Part shown: in pieces, positions 1 through 14,931 of the stretch | Position numbering within the stretch: the stretch's first letter is position 1 | Layout of the letters: each line of letters begins with the position of its first letter | Source: Balanoglossus misakiensis | Taxonomy: Eukaryota > Animalia > Hemichordata | Length of the DNA stretch: 64,000 bases | Direction: 5' to 3' | Assembly (NCBI GenBank): GCA_040954595.2 | Contig: CM082579.2 | Coordinates: 3,647,227-3,711,226, forward strand | The notes under the pieces: model-generated | Seen by the model: only the letters and a program-made list of their open reading frames with translations | Databases searched by the model: none | Told to the model about the DNA's origin: nothing | Translations under genes and position numbers: made by a program

Positions 1-3000
1 ACGAAATTTTGAGATTTCGAAAAGTCGAAAAATCGTCAATTTTTGATGATTTTCCTGAGCTATAACCCATGATTTTTTCAAAAATCGACGAAATTTTGAG
101 ATTTGGAAAACTCGAAAAATCGTCAATTTTTGATGATTTTCCTGAGCTATAACCCATGATTTTTTCAAAAATCGACGAAATTTTGAGATTTGGAAAACTC
201 GAAAAATCGTCAATTTTTGATGATTTTCCTGAGCTATAACCCATGATTTTTTCAAAAATCGACGAAATTTTGAGATTTGGAAAACTCGAAAAATCGTCAA
301 TTTTTGATGATTTTCCTGAGCTATAACCCATGATTTTTTCAAAAATCGACGAAATTTTGAGATTTCGAAAACTCGAAAAATCGTCAATTTTTGATGATTT
401 TCCTGAGCTATAACCCATGATTTTTTCAAAAATCGACGAAATTTTGAGATTTCGAAAACTCGAAAAATCGTCAATTTTTGATGATTTTCCTGAGCTATAA
501 CCCATGATTTTTTCAAAAATCGACGAAATTTTGAGATTTCGAAAACTCGAAAAATCGTCAATTTTTGATGATTTTCCTGAGCTATAACCCATGATTTTTT
601 CAAAAATCGACGAAATTTTGAGATTTCGAAAACTCGAAAAATCGTCAATTTTTGATGATTTTCCTGAGCTATAACCCATGATTTTTTCAAAAATCGACGA
701 AATTTTGAGATTTCGAAAAGTCGAAAAATCGTCAATTTTTGATGATTTTCCTGAGCTATAACCCATGATTTTTTCAAAAATCGACGAAATTTTGAGATTT
801 CGAAAAGTCGAAAAATCGTCAATTTTTGACGATTTTCCTGAGCTATAACCCATGATTTTTTCAAAAATCGACGAAATTTTGAGATTTCGAAAAGTCGAAA
901 AATCGTCAATTTTTGACGATTTTCCTGAGCTATAACCCATGATTTTTTCAAAAATCGACGAAATTTTGAGATTTCGAAAAGTCGAAAAATCGTCAATTTT
1001 TGATGATTTTCCTGAGCTATAACCCATGATTTTTTCAAAAATCGACGAAATTTTGAGATTTCGAAAAGTCGAAAAATCGTCAATTTTTGACGATTTTCCT
1101 GAGCTATAACCCATGATTTTTTCAAAAATCGACGAAATTTTGAGATTTCGAAAGTCGAAAAATCGTCAATTTTTGATGATTTTCCTGAGCTATAACCCAT
1201 GATTTTTTCAAAAATCGACGAAATTTTGAGATTTCGAAAAAGTCGAAAATCGTCAATTTTTGATGATTTCCTGAGCTATAACCCATGATTTTTTCAAAAT
1301 CGACGGAAATTTTGAGATTTCGAAAAGTCGAAAAATCGTCAATTTTTGATGATTTTCCTGAGCTATAACCCATGATTTTTTCAAAAATCGACGAAATTTT
1401 GAGATTTCGAAAAGTCGAAAAATCGTCAATTTTTGATGATTTTCCTGAGCTATAACCCATGGATTTTTTCAAAAATCGACGAAATTTTGAGATTTCGAAA
1501 AGTCGAAAAATCGTCAATTTTTGATGATTTTCCTGAGCTATAACCCATGATTTTTTCAAAAATCGACGAAATTTGAGATTTCAAAAAGTCGAAAAATCGT
1601 CAATTTTGATGATTTTCCTGAGCTATAACCCATGATTTTTTCAAAATCGACGAAATTTTGAGATTTCGAAAAGTCGAAAAATCGTCAATTTTTGATGATT
1701 TTCCTGAGCTATAACCCATGATTTTTCAAAAATCGACGAAATTTTGAGATTTCGAAAAGTCGAAAAATCGTCAATTTTTGATGATTTTCCTGAGCTATAA
1801 CCCATGATTTTTTCAAAAATCGACGAAATTTTGAGATTTCGAAAACTCGAAAAATCGTCAATTTTGATGATTTTCCTGAGCTATAACCCATGATTTTTTC
1901 AAAAATCGACGAAATTTTGAGATTTGGAAAACTCGAAAAATCGTCAATTTTTGATGATTTTCCTGAGCTATAACCCATGATTTTTTCAAAAATCGACGAA
2001 ATTTTGAGATTTGGAAAACTCGAAAAATCGTCAATTTTGATGATTTTCCTGAGCTATAACCCATGATTTTTTCAAAAATCGACGAAATTTTGAGATTTGG
2101 AAAACTCGAAAAATCGTCAATTTTTGATGATTTTCCTGAGCTAATAACCCATGATTTTTTCAAAAATCGACGAAATTTTGAGATTTCGAAAAGTCGAAAA
2201 AATCGTCAATTTTTGATGATTTTCCATGATTTTTCAAAAATCGACGAAATTTTGAGATTTGGAAAAGTCGAAAAATCGTCAATTTTTGATGATTTTCCTG
2301 AGCTATAACCCATGATTTTTCAAAAATCGACGAAATTTTGAGATTTGGAAAAGTCGAAAAATCGTCAAATTTTGATGATTTTCCTGAGCTATAACCCATG
2401 ATTTTTTCAAAAATCGACGAAATTTTGAGATTTCGAAAAGTCGAAAAATCGTCAATTTTTGATGATTTTCCTGAGCTATAACCCATGATTTTTTCAAAAA
2501 TCGACGAAATTTTGAGATTTCGAAAAGTCGAAAAATCGTCAATTTTTGATGATTTTCCTGAGCTATAACCCATGATTTTTTCAAAAATCGACGAAATTTT
2601 GAGATTTCGAAAAGTCGAAAATCGTCAATTTTTGATGATTTTCCTGAGCTATAACCCATGATTTTTTCAAAAATCGACGAAATTTTGAGATTCGAAAAGT
2701 CGAAAAATCGTCAATTTTTGATGATTTTCCTGAGCTATAACCCATGATTTTTTCAAAAATCGACGAAATTTTGAGATTTCGAAAAGTCGAAAAATCGTCA
2801 ATTTTTGATGATTTTCCTGAGCTATAACCCATGATTTTTTCAAAATCGACGAAATTTTGAGATTTCGAAAAGTCGAAAAATCGTCAATTTTTGATGATTT
2901 TCCTGAGCTATAACCCATGATTTTTTCAAAAATCGACGAAATTTTGAGATTTCGAAAAGTCGAAAAATCGTCAATTTTTGATGATTTTCCTGAGCTATAA

Positions 3001-6000
3001 CCCATGATTTTTTCAAAAATCGACGAAATTTTGAGATTTCGAAAAGTCGAAAAATCGTCAATTTTTGATGATTTTCCTGAGCTATAACCCATGATTTTTT
3101 CAAAAATCGACGAAATTTTGAGATTTCGAAAAGTCGAAAAATCGTCAATTTTTGATGATTTTCCTGAGCTATAACCAACGATTTTTTCAAAAATCGACGA
3201 AATTTTGAGATTTCGAAAAGTCGAAAATCGTCAATTTTTGATGATTTTCCTGAGCTATAACCCATGATTTTTTCAAAAATCGACGAAATTTTGAGATTTC
3301 GAAAAGTCGAAAAATCGTCAATTTTTGATGATTTTCCTGAGCTATAACCCATGATTTTTTCAAAAATCGACGAAATTTTGAGATTTCGAAAGTCGAAAAT
3401 TCGTCAATTTTTGATGATTTTCCTGAGCTATAACCCCTGATTTTTCAAAAATCGACGAACTTTTGAGATTTCGAAAAGTCGAAAATCGTCAATTTTTGAT
3501 GATTTTCCTGAGCTATAACCCATGATTTTTTCAAAAATCGACGAAATTTTGAGATTTCGAAAAGTCGAAAAATCGTCAATTTTTGATGATTTTCCTGAGC
3601 TATAACCCATGATTTTTTCAAAAATCGACGAAATTTTGAGATTTCGAAAAAGTCGTCAATTTTTGATGATTTTCCTGAGCTATAACCCATGATTTTTTCA
3701 AAATCGACGAAATTTTTAGATTTCGAAAAGTCGAAAAATCGTCAATTTTTGATGATTTTCCTGAGCTATAACCATGATTTTTCAAAAATCGACGAAATTT
3801 TGAGATTCGAAAAGTCGAAAAATCGTCAATTTTTGATGATTTTCCATGATTTTTTCAAAAATCGACGAAATTTTGAGATTTGGAAAGTCGAAAAATCGTC
3901 AATTTTTGATGATTTTCCTGAGCTATAACCATGATTTTTTCAAAAATCGACGAAATTTTGAGATTTGGAAAAGTCGAAAAAATCGTCAATTTTTGATGAT
4001 TTTCCTGAGCTATAACCCATGATTTTTTCAAAAATCGACGAAATTTTGAGATTTGGAAAAGTCGAAAAATCGTCAATTTTGATGATTTTCCTGAGCTATA
4101 ACCCATGATTTTTTCAAAAATCGACGAAATTTTGAGATTTCGAAAAGTCGAAAAATCGTCAATTTTTGATGATTTTCCTGAGCTATAACCCATGATTTTT
4201 TCAAAAATCGACGAAATTTTGAGATTTCGAAAAGTCGAAAAATCGTCAATTTTGATGATTTTCCTGAGCTATAACCCATGGATTTTTTCAAAAATCGACG
4301 AAATTTTGAGATTTCGAAAAGTCGAAAAATCGTCAATTTTTGATGATTTTCCTGAGCTATAACCCATGATTTTTTCAAAAATCGACGAAATTTTGAGATT
4401 TCGAAAAGTCAGAAAAATCGTCAATTTTTGATGATTTTCCTGAGCTATAACCCATGATTTTTTCAAAAATCGACGAAATTTTGAGATTTCGAAAAGTCGA
4501 AAAATCGTCAATTTTTGATGATTTTCCTGAGCTATAACCCATGATTTTTTCAAAAATCGACGAAATTTTGAGATTTCGAAAAGTCGAAAATCGTCAATTT
4601 TTGATGATTTTCCTGAGCTATAACCCATGATTTTTTCAAAAATCGACGAAATTTTGAGATTTCGAAAAGTCGAAAAATCGTCAATTTTTGATGATTTTCC
4701 TGAGCTATAACCCATGATTTTTTCAAAAATCGACGAAATTTTGAGATTTCGAAAAGTCGAAAAATCGTCAATTTTTGATGATTTTCCTGAGCTATAACCC
4801 ATGATTTTTTCAAAAATCGACGAAATTTTGAGATTTCGAAAAGTCGAAAATTCGTCAATTTTTGATGATTTTCCTGAGCTATAACCCATGATTTTTTCAA
4901 AAATCGACGAAATTTTGAGATTTGGAAAAGTCGAAAAATCGTCAATTTTTGATGATTTTCCTGAGCTATAACCCATGATTTTTTCAAAAATCGACGAAAT
5001 TTTGAGATTTCGAAAAGTCGAAAAATCGTCAATTTTTGATGATTTTCCTGAGCTATAACCCATGATTTTTTCAAAAATCGACGAAATTTTGAGATTTCGA
5101 AAAGTCGAAAAATCGTCAATTTTTGATGATTTTCCTGAGCTATAACCCATGATTTTTTCAAAAATCGACGAAATTTTGAGATTTCGAAAAGTCGAAAAAT
5201 CGTCAATTTTTGATGATTTTCCTGAGCTATAACCCATGATTTTTTCAAAAATCGACGAAATTTTGAGATTTCGAAAAGTCGAAAAATCGTCAATTTTTGA
5301 TGATTTTCCTGAGCTATAACCCATGATTTTTTCAAAATCGACGAAATTTTGAGATTTCGAAAAGTCGAAAAATCGTCAATTTTTGATGATTTTCCTGATG
5401 ATTTTTTCAAAATTCGACGAAATGTTGAGATTTCGAAAAGTCGAAAAATCGTCAATTTTTGATGATTTTCCTGAGCTATAACCCATGATTTTTTCAAAAA
5501 TCGACGAAATGTTGAGATTTCGAAAAGTCGAAAAATCGTCAATTTTTGATGATTTTCCTGAGCTATAACCCATGATTTTTTCAAAAATCGACGAAATTTT
5601 GAGATTTCGAAAAGTCGAAAAATCGTCAATTTTTGATGATTTTCCTGAGCTATAACCCATGATTTTTTCAAAAATCGACGAAATTTTGAGATTTCGAAAA
5701 GTCGAAAAATCGTCAATTTTTGATGATTTTCCTGAGCTATAACCCATGATTTTTTCAAAAATCGACGAAATTTTGAGATTTCGAAAAGTCGAAAAATCGT
5801 CAATTTTTGATGATTTTCCTGAGCTATAACCCATGATTTTTTCAAAAATCGACGAAATTTTGAGATTTCGAAAAGTCGAAAAATCGTCAATTTTTGATGA
5901 TTTTCCTGAGCTATAACCCATGATTTTTTCAAAAATCGACGAAATTTTGAGATTTCGAAAAGTCGAAAAATCGTCAATTTTTGATGATTTTCCTGAGCTA

Positions 6001-9000
6001 TAACCCATGATTTTTTTCAAAAATCGACGAAATTTTGAGATTTCGAAAAGTCGAAAAATCGTCAATTTTTGATGATTTTCCTGAGCTATAACCCATGATT
6101 TTTTCAAAAATCGACGAAATTTTGAGATTTCGAAAAGTCGAAAAATCGTCAATTTTTGATGATTTTCCTGAGCTATAACCCATGATTTTTTCAAAAATCG
6201 ACGAAATTTTGAGATTTCGGAAAAGTCGAAAAATCGTCAATTTTTGATGATTTTCCTGAGCTATAACCCATGATTTTTTTCAAAAAATCGACGAAATTTT
6301 GAGATTTCGAAAAGTCGAAAAAATCGTCAATTTTTGATGATTTTCCTGAGCTATAACCCATGATTTTTTCAAAAATCGACGAAATTTTGAGATTTCGAAA
6401 AGTCGAAAAATCGTCAATTTTTGATGATTTTCCTGAGCTATAACCCATGATTTTTTCAAAAATCGACGAAATTTTGAGATTTCGAAAAGTCGAAAAATCG
6501 TCAATTTTTGATGATTTTCCTGAGCTATAACCCATGATTTTTTCAAAAATCGACGAAATTTTGAGATTTCGAAAAGTCGAAAAATCGTCAATTTTTGATG
6601 ATTTTCCTGAGCTATAACCCATGATTTTTTCAAAAATCGACGAAATTTTGAGATTTCGGAAAAGTCGAAAAATCGTCAATTTTTGATGATTTTCCTGAGC
6701 TATAACCCATGATTTTTTCAAAAATCGACGAAATTTTGAGATTTCGAAAAGTCGAAAAATCGTCAATTTTGATGATTTTCCTGAGCTATAACCCATGATT
6801 TTTTCAAAAATCGACGAAATTTTGAGATTTCGAAAAGTCGAAAAATCGTCAATTTTTGATGATTTTCCTGAGCTATAACCCATGATTTTTTCAAAAATCG
6901 ACGAAATTTTGAGATTTCGAAAAGTCGAAAAATCGTCAATTTTTTGATGATTTCCTGAGCTATAACCCATGATTTTTTCAAAAATCGAACGAAATTTTGA
7001 GAATTTCGAAAAGTCGAAAAATCGTCAATTTTTGATGATTTTCCTGAGCTATAACCCATGATTTTTTCAAAAATCGACGAAATTTTGAGATTTCGAAAAG
7101 TCGAAAAATCGTCAATTTTTGATGATTTTCCTGAGCTATAACCCATGATTTTTTCAAAAATCGACGAAATTTTGAGATTTCGAAAAGTCGAAAAATCGTC
7201 AATTTTTGATGATTTTCCTGAGCTATAACCCATGATTTTTTCAAAAATCGACGAAATTTTGAGATTTCGGAAAAGTCGAAAAATCGTCAATTTTTGATGA
7301 TTTTCCTGAGCTATAACCCATGATTTTTTCAAAAATCGACGAAATTTTGAGATTTCGAAAAGTCGAAAAATCGTCAATTTTTGATGATTTTCCTGAGCTA
7401 TAACCCATGATTTTTTCAAAAATCGACGAAATTTTGAGATTTGGAAAAGTCGAAAAATCGTCAATTTTTGATGATTTTCCTGAGCTATAACCCATGATTT
7501 TTTCAAAAATCGACGAAATTTTGAGATTTGGAAAAGTCGAAAAATCGTCAATTTTTGATGATTTTCCTGAGCTATAACCCATGATTTTTTCAAAATTCGG
7601 AGCGAAATTTTGAGATTTCGAAAAGTCGAAAAATCGTCAATTTTTGATGATTTTCCTGAGCTATAACCCATGATTTTTTCAAAAATCGACGAAATTTTGA
7701 GATTTGGAAAAGTCGAAAAATCGTCAATTTTTGATGATTTTCCTGAGCTATAACCCATGATTTTTTCAAAAATCGACGAAATTTTGAGATTTCGAAAAGT
7801 CGAAAAATCGTCAATTTTTGATGATTTTCCTGAGCTATAACCCATGATTTTTTCAAAAATCGACGAAATTTTGAGATTTCGAAAAGTCGAAAAATCGTCA
7901 ATTTTTGATGATTTTCCTGAGCTATAACCCATGATTTTTTCAAAAATCGACGAAATTTTGAGATTTCGAAAAGTCGAAAAATCGTCAATTTTTGATGATT
8001 TTCCTGAGCTATAACCCATGATTTTTTCAAAAATCGACGAAATTTTGAGATTTCGAAAAGTCGAAAAATCGTCAATTTTTGATGATTTTCCTGAGCTATA
8101 ACCCATGATTTTTTCAAAAATCGACGAAATTTTGAGATTTCGAAAAGTCGAAAAATCGTCAATTTTTGATGATTTTCCTGAGCTATAACCCATGATTTTT
8201 TCAAAAATCGACGAAATTTGAGATTTCGAAAAGTCGAAAAATCGTCAATTTTTGATGATTTTCCTGAGCTATAACCCATGATTTTTTCAAAAATCGACGA
8301 AATTTTGAGATTTCGAAAAGTCGAAAAATCGTCAATTTTTGATGATTTTCCTGAGCTATAACCCATGATTTTTTCAAAAATCGACGAAATTTTGAGATTT
8401 CGAAAAGTCGAAAAATCGTCAATTTTTGATGATTTTCCTGAGCTATAACCCATGATTTTTTCAAAAATCGACGAAATTTTGAGATTTCGAAAAGTCGAAA
8501 AATCGTCAATTTTTGATGATTTTCCTGAGCTATAACCCATGATTTTTTCAAAAATCGACGAAATTTTGAGATTTCGAAAAGTCGAAAAATCGTCAATTTT
8601 TGATGATTTTCCTGAGCTATAACCCATGATTTTTTCAAAAATCGACGAAATTTTGAGATTTCGAAAAGTCGAAAAATCGTCAATTTTTGATGATTTTCCT
8701 GAGCTATAACCCATGATTTTTTCAAAAATCGACGAAATTTTGAGATTTCGAAAAGTCGAAAAATCGTCAATTTTTGATGATTTTCCTGAGCTATAACCCA
8801 TGATTTTTTCAAAAATCGACGAAATTTTGAGATTTCGAAAAGTCGAAAAATCGTCAATTTTTGATGATTTTCCTGAGCTATAACCCATGATTTTTTCAAA
8901 AATCGACGAAATTTTGAGATTTCGAAAAGTCGAAAAATCGTCAATTTTTGATGATTTTCCTGAGCTATAACCCATGATTTTTTCAAAAATCGACGAAATT

Positions 9001-12000
9001 TTGAGATTTCGAAAAGTCGAAAAATCGTCAATTTTTGATGATTTTCCTGAGCTATAACCCATGATTTTTTCAAAAATCGACGAAATTTTGAGATTTCGAA
9101 AAGTCGAAAAATCGTCAATTTTTGATGATTTTCCTGAGCTATAACCCATGATTTTTTCAAAAATCGACGAAATTTTGAGATTTCGAAAAGTCGAAAAATC
9201 GTCAATTTTTGATGATTTTCCTGAGCTATAACCCATGATTTTTTCAAAAATCGACGAAATTTTGAGATTTGGAAAAGTCGAAAAATCGTCAATTTTTGAT
9301 GATTTTCCTGAGCTATAACCCATGATTTTTTCAAAAATCGACGAAATTTTGAGATTTGGAAAAGTCGAAAAATCGTCAATTTTTGATGATTTTCCTGAGC
9401 TATAACCCATGATTTTTTCAAAAATCGACGAAATTTTGAGATTTGGAAAAGTCGAAAAATCGTCAATTTTTGATGATTTTCCTGAGCTATAACCCATGAT
9501 TTTTTCAAAAATCGACGAAATTTTGAGATTTGGAAAAGTCGAAAAATCGTCAATTTTTGATGATTTTCCTGAGCTATAACCCATGATTTTTTCAAAAATC
9601 GACGAAATTTTGAGATTTGGAAAAGTCGAAAAATCGTCAATTTTTGATGATTTTCCTGAGCTATAACCCATGATTTTTTCAAAAATCGACGAAATTTTGA
9701 GATTTGGAAAAGTCGAAAAATCGTCAATTTTTGATGATTTTCCTGAGCTATAACCCATGATTTTTTCAAAAATCGACGAAATTTTGAGATTTGGAAAAGT
9801 CGAAAAATCGTCAATTTTTGATGATTTTCCTGAGCTATAACCCATGATTTTTTCAAAAATCGACGAAATTTTGAGATTTGGAAAAGTCGAAAAATCGTCA
9901 ATTTTTGATGATTTTCCTGAGCTATAACCCATGATTTTTTCAAAAATCGACGAAATTTTGAGATTTGGAAAAGTCGAAAAATCGTCAATTTTTGATGATT
10001 TTCCTGAGCTATAACCCATGATTTTTTCAAAAATCGACGAAATTTTGAGATTTCGAAAAGTCGAAAAATCGTCAATTTTTGATGATTTTCCTGAGCTATA
10101 ACCCATGATTTTTTCAAAAATCGACGAAATTTTGAGATTTCGAAAAGTCGAAAAATCGTCAATTTTTGATGATTTTCCTGAGCTATAACCCATGATTTTT
10201 TCAAAAATCGACGAAATTTTGAGATTTCGAAAAGTCGAAAAATCGTCAATTTTTGATGATTTTCCTGAGCTATAACCCATGATTTTTTCAAAAATCGACG
10301 AAATTTTGAGATTTCGAAAAGTCGAAAAATCGTCAATTTTTGATGATTTTCCTGAGCTATAACCCATGATTTTTTCAAAAATCGACGAAATTTTGAGATT
10401 TCGAAAAGTCGAAAAATCGTCAATTTTTGATGATTTTCCTGAGCTATAACCCATGATTTTTTCAAAAATCGACGAAATTTTGAGATTTCGAAAAGTCGAA
10501 AAATCGTCAATTTTTGATGATTTTCCTGAGCTATAACCCATGATTTTTTCAAAAATCGACGAAATTTTGAGATTTCGAAAAGTCGAAAAATCGTCAATTT
10601 TTGATGATTTTCCTGAGCTATAACCCATGATTTTTTCAAAAATCGACGAAATTTTGAGATTTCGAAAAGTCGAAAAATCGTCAATTTTTGATGATTTTCC
10701 TGAGCTATAACCCATGATTTTTTCAAAAATCGACGAAATTTTGAGATTTCGAAAAGTCGAAAAATCGTCAATTTTTGATGATTTTCCTGAGCTATAACCC
10801 ATGATTTTTTCAAAAATCGACGAAATTTTGAGATTTCGAAAAGTCGAAAAATCGTCAATTTTTGATGATTTTCCTGAGCTATAACCCATGATTTTTTCAA
10901 AAATCGACGAAATTTTGAGATTTCGAAAAGTCGAAAAATCGTCAATTTTTGATGATTTTCCTGAGCTATAACCCATGATTTTTTCAAAAATCGACGAAAT
11001 TTTGAGATTTCGAAAAGTCGAAAAATCGTCAATTTTTGATGATTTTCCTGAGCTATAACCCATGATTTTTTCAAAAATCGACGAAATTTTGAGATTTCGA
11101 AAAGTCGAAAATTCGTCAATTTTTGATGATTTTCCTGAGCTATAACCCATGATTTTTTCAAAAATCGACGAAATTTTGAGATTTCGAAAAGTCGAAAATT
11201 CGTCAATTTTTGATGATTTTCCTGAGCTATAACCCATGATTTTTTCAAAAATCGACGAAATTTTGAGATTTCGAAAAGTCGAAAAATCGTCAATTTTTGA
11301 TGATTTTCCTGAGCTATAACCCATGATTTTTTCAAAAATCGACGAAATTTTGAGATTTCGAAAAGTCGAAAAATCGTCAATTTTTGATGATTTTCCTGAG
11401 CTATAACCCATGATTTTTTCAAAAATCGACGAAATTTTGAGATTTCGAAAAGTCGAAAATTCGTCAATTTTTGATGATTTTCCTGAGCTATAACCCATGA
11501 TTTTTTCAAAGATCGACGAAATTTTGAGATTTCGAAAAGTCGAAAAATCGTCAATTTTTGATGATTTTCCTGAGCTATAACCCATGATTTTTTCAAAAAT
11601 CGACGAAATTTTGAGATTTCGAAAAGTCGAAAAATCGTCAATTTTTGATGATTTTCCTGAGCTATAACCCATGATTTTTTCAAAAATCGACGAAATTTTG
11701 AGATTTCGAAAAGTCGAAAAATCGTCAATTTTTGATGATTTTCCTGAGCTATAACCCATGATTTTTTCAAAAATCGACGAAATTTTGAGATTTCGAAAAG
11801 TCGAAAAATCGTCAATTTTTGATGATTTTCCTGAGCTATAACCCATGATTTTTTCAAAAATCGACGAAATTTTGAGATTTCGAAAAGTCGAAAAATCGTC
11901 AATTTTTGATGATTTTCCTGAGCTATAACCCATGATTTTTTCAAAAATCGACGAAATTTTGAGATTTCGAAAAGTCGAAAAATCGTCAATTTTTGATGAT

Positions 12001-14931
12001 TTTCCTGAGCTATAACCCATGATTTTTTCAAAAATCGACGAAATTTTGAGATTTCGAAAAGTCGAAAAATCGTCAATTTTTGATGATTTTCCTGAGCTAT
12101 AACCCATGATTTTTTCAAAAATCGACGAAATTTTGAGATTTCGAAAAGTCGAAAAATCGTCAATTTTTGATGATTTTCCTGAGCTATAACCCATGATTTT
12201 TTCAAAAATCGACGAAATTTTGAGATTTCGAAAAGTCGAAAAATCGTCAATTTTTGATGATTTTCCTGAGCTATAACCCATGATTTTTTCAAAAATCGAC
12301 GAAATTTTGAGATTTCGAAAAGTCGAAAAATCGTCAATTTTTGATGATTTTCCTGAGCTATAACCCATGATTTTTTCAAAAATCGACGAAATTTTGAGAT
12401 TTCGAAAAGTCGAAAAATCGTCAATTTTTGATGATTTTCCTGAGCTATAACCCATGATTTTTTCAAAAATCGACGAAATTTTGAGATTTCGAAAAGTCGA
12501 AAAATCGTCAATTTTTGATGATTTTCCTGAGCTATAACCCATGATTTTTTCAAAAATCGACGAAATTTTGAGATTTCGAAAAGTCGAAAAATCGTCAATT
12601 TTTGATGATTTTCCTGAGCTATAACCCATGATTTTTTCAAAAATCGACGAAATTTTGAGATTTCGAAAAGTCGAAAAATCGTCAATTTTTGATGATTTTC
12701 CTGAGCTATAACCCATGATTTTTTCAAAAATCGACGAAATTTTGAGATTTCGAAAAGTCGAAAAATCGTCAATTTTTGATGATTTTCCTGAGCTATAACC
12801 CATGATTTTTTCAAAAATCGACGAAATTTTGAGATTTCGAAAAGTCGAAAATTCGTCAATTTTTGATGATTTTCCTGAGCTATAACCCATGATTTTTTCA
12901 AAAATCGACGAAATTTTGAGATTTCGAAAAGTCGAAAAATCGTCAATTTTTGATGATTTTCCTGAGCTATAACCCATGATTTTTTCAAAAATCGACGAAA
13001 TTTTGAGATTTCGAAAAGTCGAAAAATCGTCAATTTTTGATGATTTTCCTGAGCTATAACCCATGATTTTTTCAAAAATCGACGAAATTTTGAGATTTCG
13101 AAAAGTCGAAAAATCGTCAATTTTTGATGATTTTCCTGAGCTATAACCCATGATTTTTTCAAAAATCGACGAAATTTTGAGATTTCGAAAAGTCGAAAAA
13201 TCGTCAATTTTTGATGATTTTCCTGAGCTATAACCCATGATTTTTTCAAAAATCGACGAAATTTTGAGATTTCGAAAAGTCGAAAAATCGTCAATTTTTG
13301 ATGATTTTCCTGAGCTATAACCCATGATTTTTTCAAAAATCGACGAAATTTTGAGATTTCGAAAAGTCGAAAAATCGTCAATTTTTGATGATTTTCCTGA
13401 GCTATAACCCATGATTTTTTCAAAAATCGACGAAATTTTGAGATTTGGAAAAGTCGAAAAATCGTCAATTTTGGATGATTTTCCTGAGCTATAACCCATG
13501 ATTTTTTCAAAAATCGACGAAATTTTGAGATTTGGAAAAGTCGAAAAATCGTCAATTTTTGATGATTTTCCTGAGCTATAACCCATGATTTTTTCAAAAA
13601 TCGACGAAATTTTGAGATTTCGAAAAGTCGAAAAATCGTCAATTTTTGATGATTTTCCTGAGCTATAACCCATGATTTTTTCAAAAATCGACGAAATTTT
13701 GAGATTTCGAAAAGTCGAAAAATCGTCAATTTTTGATGATTTTCCTGAGCTATAACCCATGATTTTTTCAAAAATCGACGAAATTTTGAGATTTCGAAAA
13801 GTCGAAAAATCGTCAATTTTTGATGATTTTCCTGAGCTATAACCCATGATTTTTTCAAAAATCGACGAAATTTTGAGATTTCGAAAAGTCGAAAAATCGT
13901 CAATTTTTGATGATTTTCCTGAGCTATAACCCATGATTTTTTCAAAAATCGACGAAATTTTGAGATTTCGAAAAGTCGAAAAATCGTCAATTTTTGATGA
14001 TTTTCCTGAGCTATAACCCATGATTTTTTCAAAAATCGACGAAATTTTGAGATTTCGAAAAGTCGAAAAATCGTCAATTTTTGATGATTTTCCTGAGCTA
14101 TAACCCATGATTTTTTCAAAAATCGACGAAATTTTGAGATTTCGAAAAGTCGAAAAATCGTCAATTTTTGATGATTTTCCTGAGCTATAACCCATGATTT
14201 TTTCAAAAATCGACGAAATTTTGAGATTTCGAAAAGTCGAAAAATCGTCAATTTTTGATGATTTTCCTGAGCTATAACCCATGATTTTTTCAAAAATCGA
14301 CGAAATTTTGAGATTTCGAAAAGTCGAAAAATCGTCAATTTTTGATGATTTTCCTGAGCTATAACCCATGATTTTGTCAAAAATCGACGAAATTTTGAGA
14401 TTTCGAAAAGTCGAAAAATCGTCAATTTTTGATGATTTTCCTGAGCTATAACCCATGATTTTTTCAAAAATCGACGAAATTTTGAGATTTCGAAAAGTCG
14501 AAAAATCGTCAATTTTTGATGATTTTCCTGAGCTATAACCCATGATTTTTTCAAAAATCGACGAAATTTTGAGATTTCGAAAAGTCGAAAAATCGTCAAT
14601 TTTTGATGATTTCCCTGAGCTATAACCCATGATTTTTTCAAAAATCGACGAAATTTTGAGATTTCGAAAAGTCGAAAAATCGTCAATTTTTGATGATTTC
14701 CCTGAGCTATAACCCATGATTTTTTCAAAAATCGACGAAATTTTGAGATTTGGAAAAGTCGAAAAATCGTCAATTTTTGATGATTTTCCTGAGCTATAAC
14801 CCATGATTTTTTCAAAAATCGACGAAATTTTGAGATTTCGAAAAGTCGAAAAATCGTCAATTTTTGATGATTTTCCTGAGCTATAACCCATGATTTTTTC
14901 AAAAATCGACGAAATTTTGAGATTTCGAAAA
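1..14931. repeat. 87-bp tandem satellite array (~171 monomers; runs off the left edge of the window)
   Basis: Monomer CATGATTTTTTCAAAAATCGACGAAATTTTGAGATTTCGAAAAGTCGAAAAATCGTCAATTTTTGATGATTTTCCTGAGCTATAACC repeated head-to-tail; the 29-aa periodicity of the ORF track confirms 87 bp. Near-identical monomers from ~8.2 to 14.9 kb. Confidence 0.98.

Noticed and set aside
1120-8220. Dense single-base indels as real satellite divergence
   Set aside because: Almost all are +/-1 changes in homopolymers confined to one interval between clean stretches, typical of low-coverage long-read consensus error.
1122-14902. Very long minus-strand ORFs (up to 2433 aa) of 29-aa repeats
   Set aside because: The 87-bp monomer is a multiple of 3 and stop-free in two frames. 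Overlapping frames, near-absence of synonymous variation and frame switches at homopolymer indels indicate satellite DNA, not genes.
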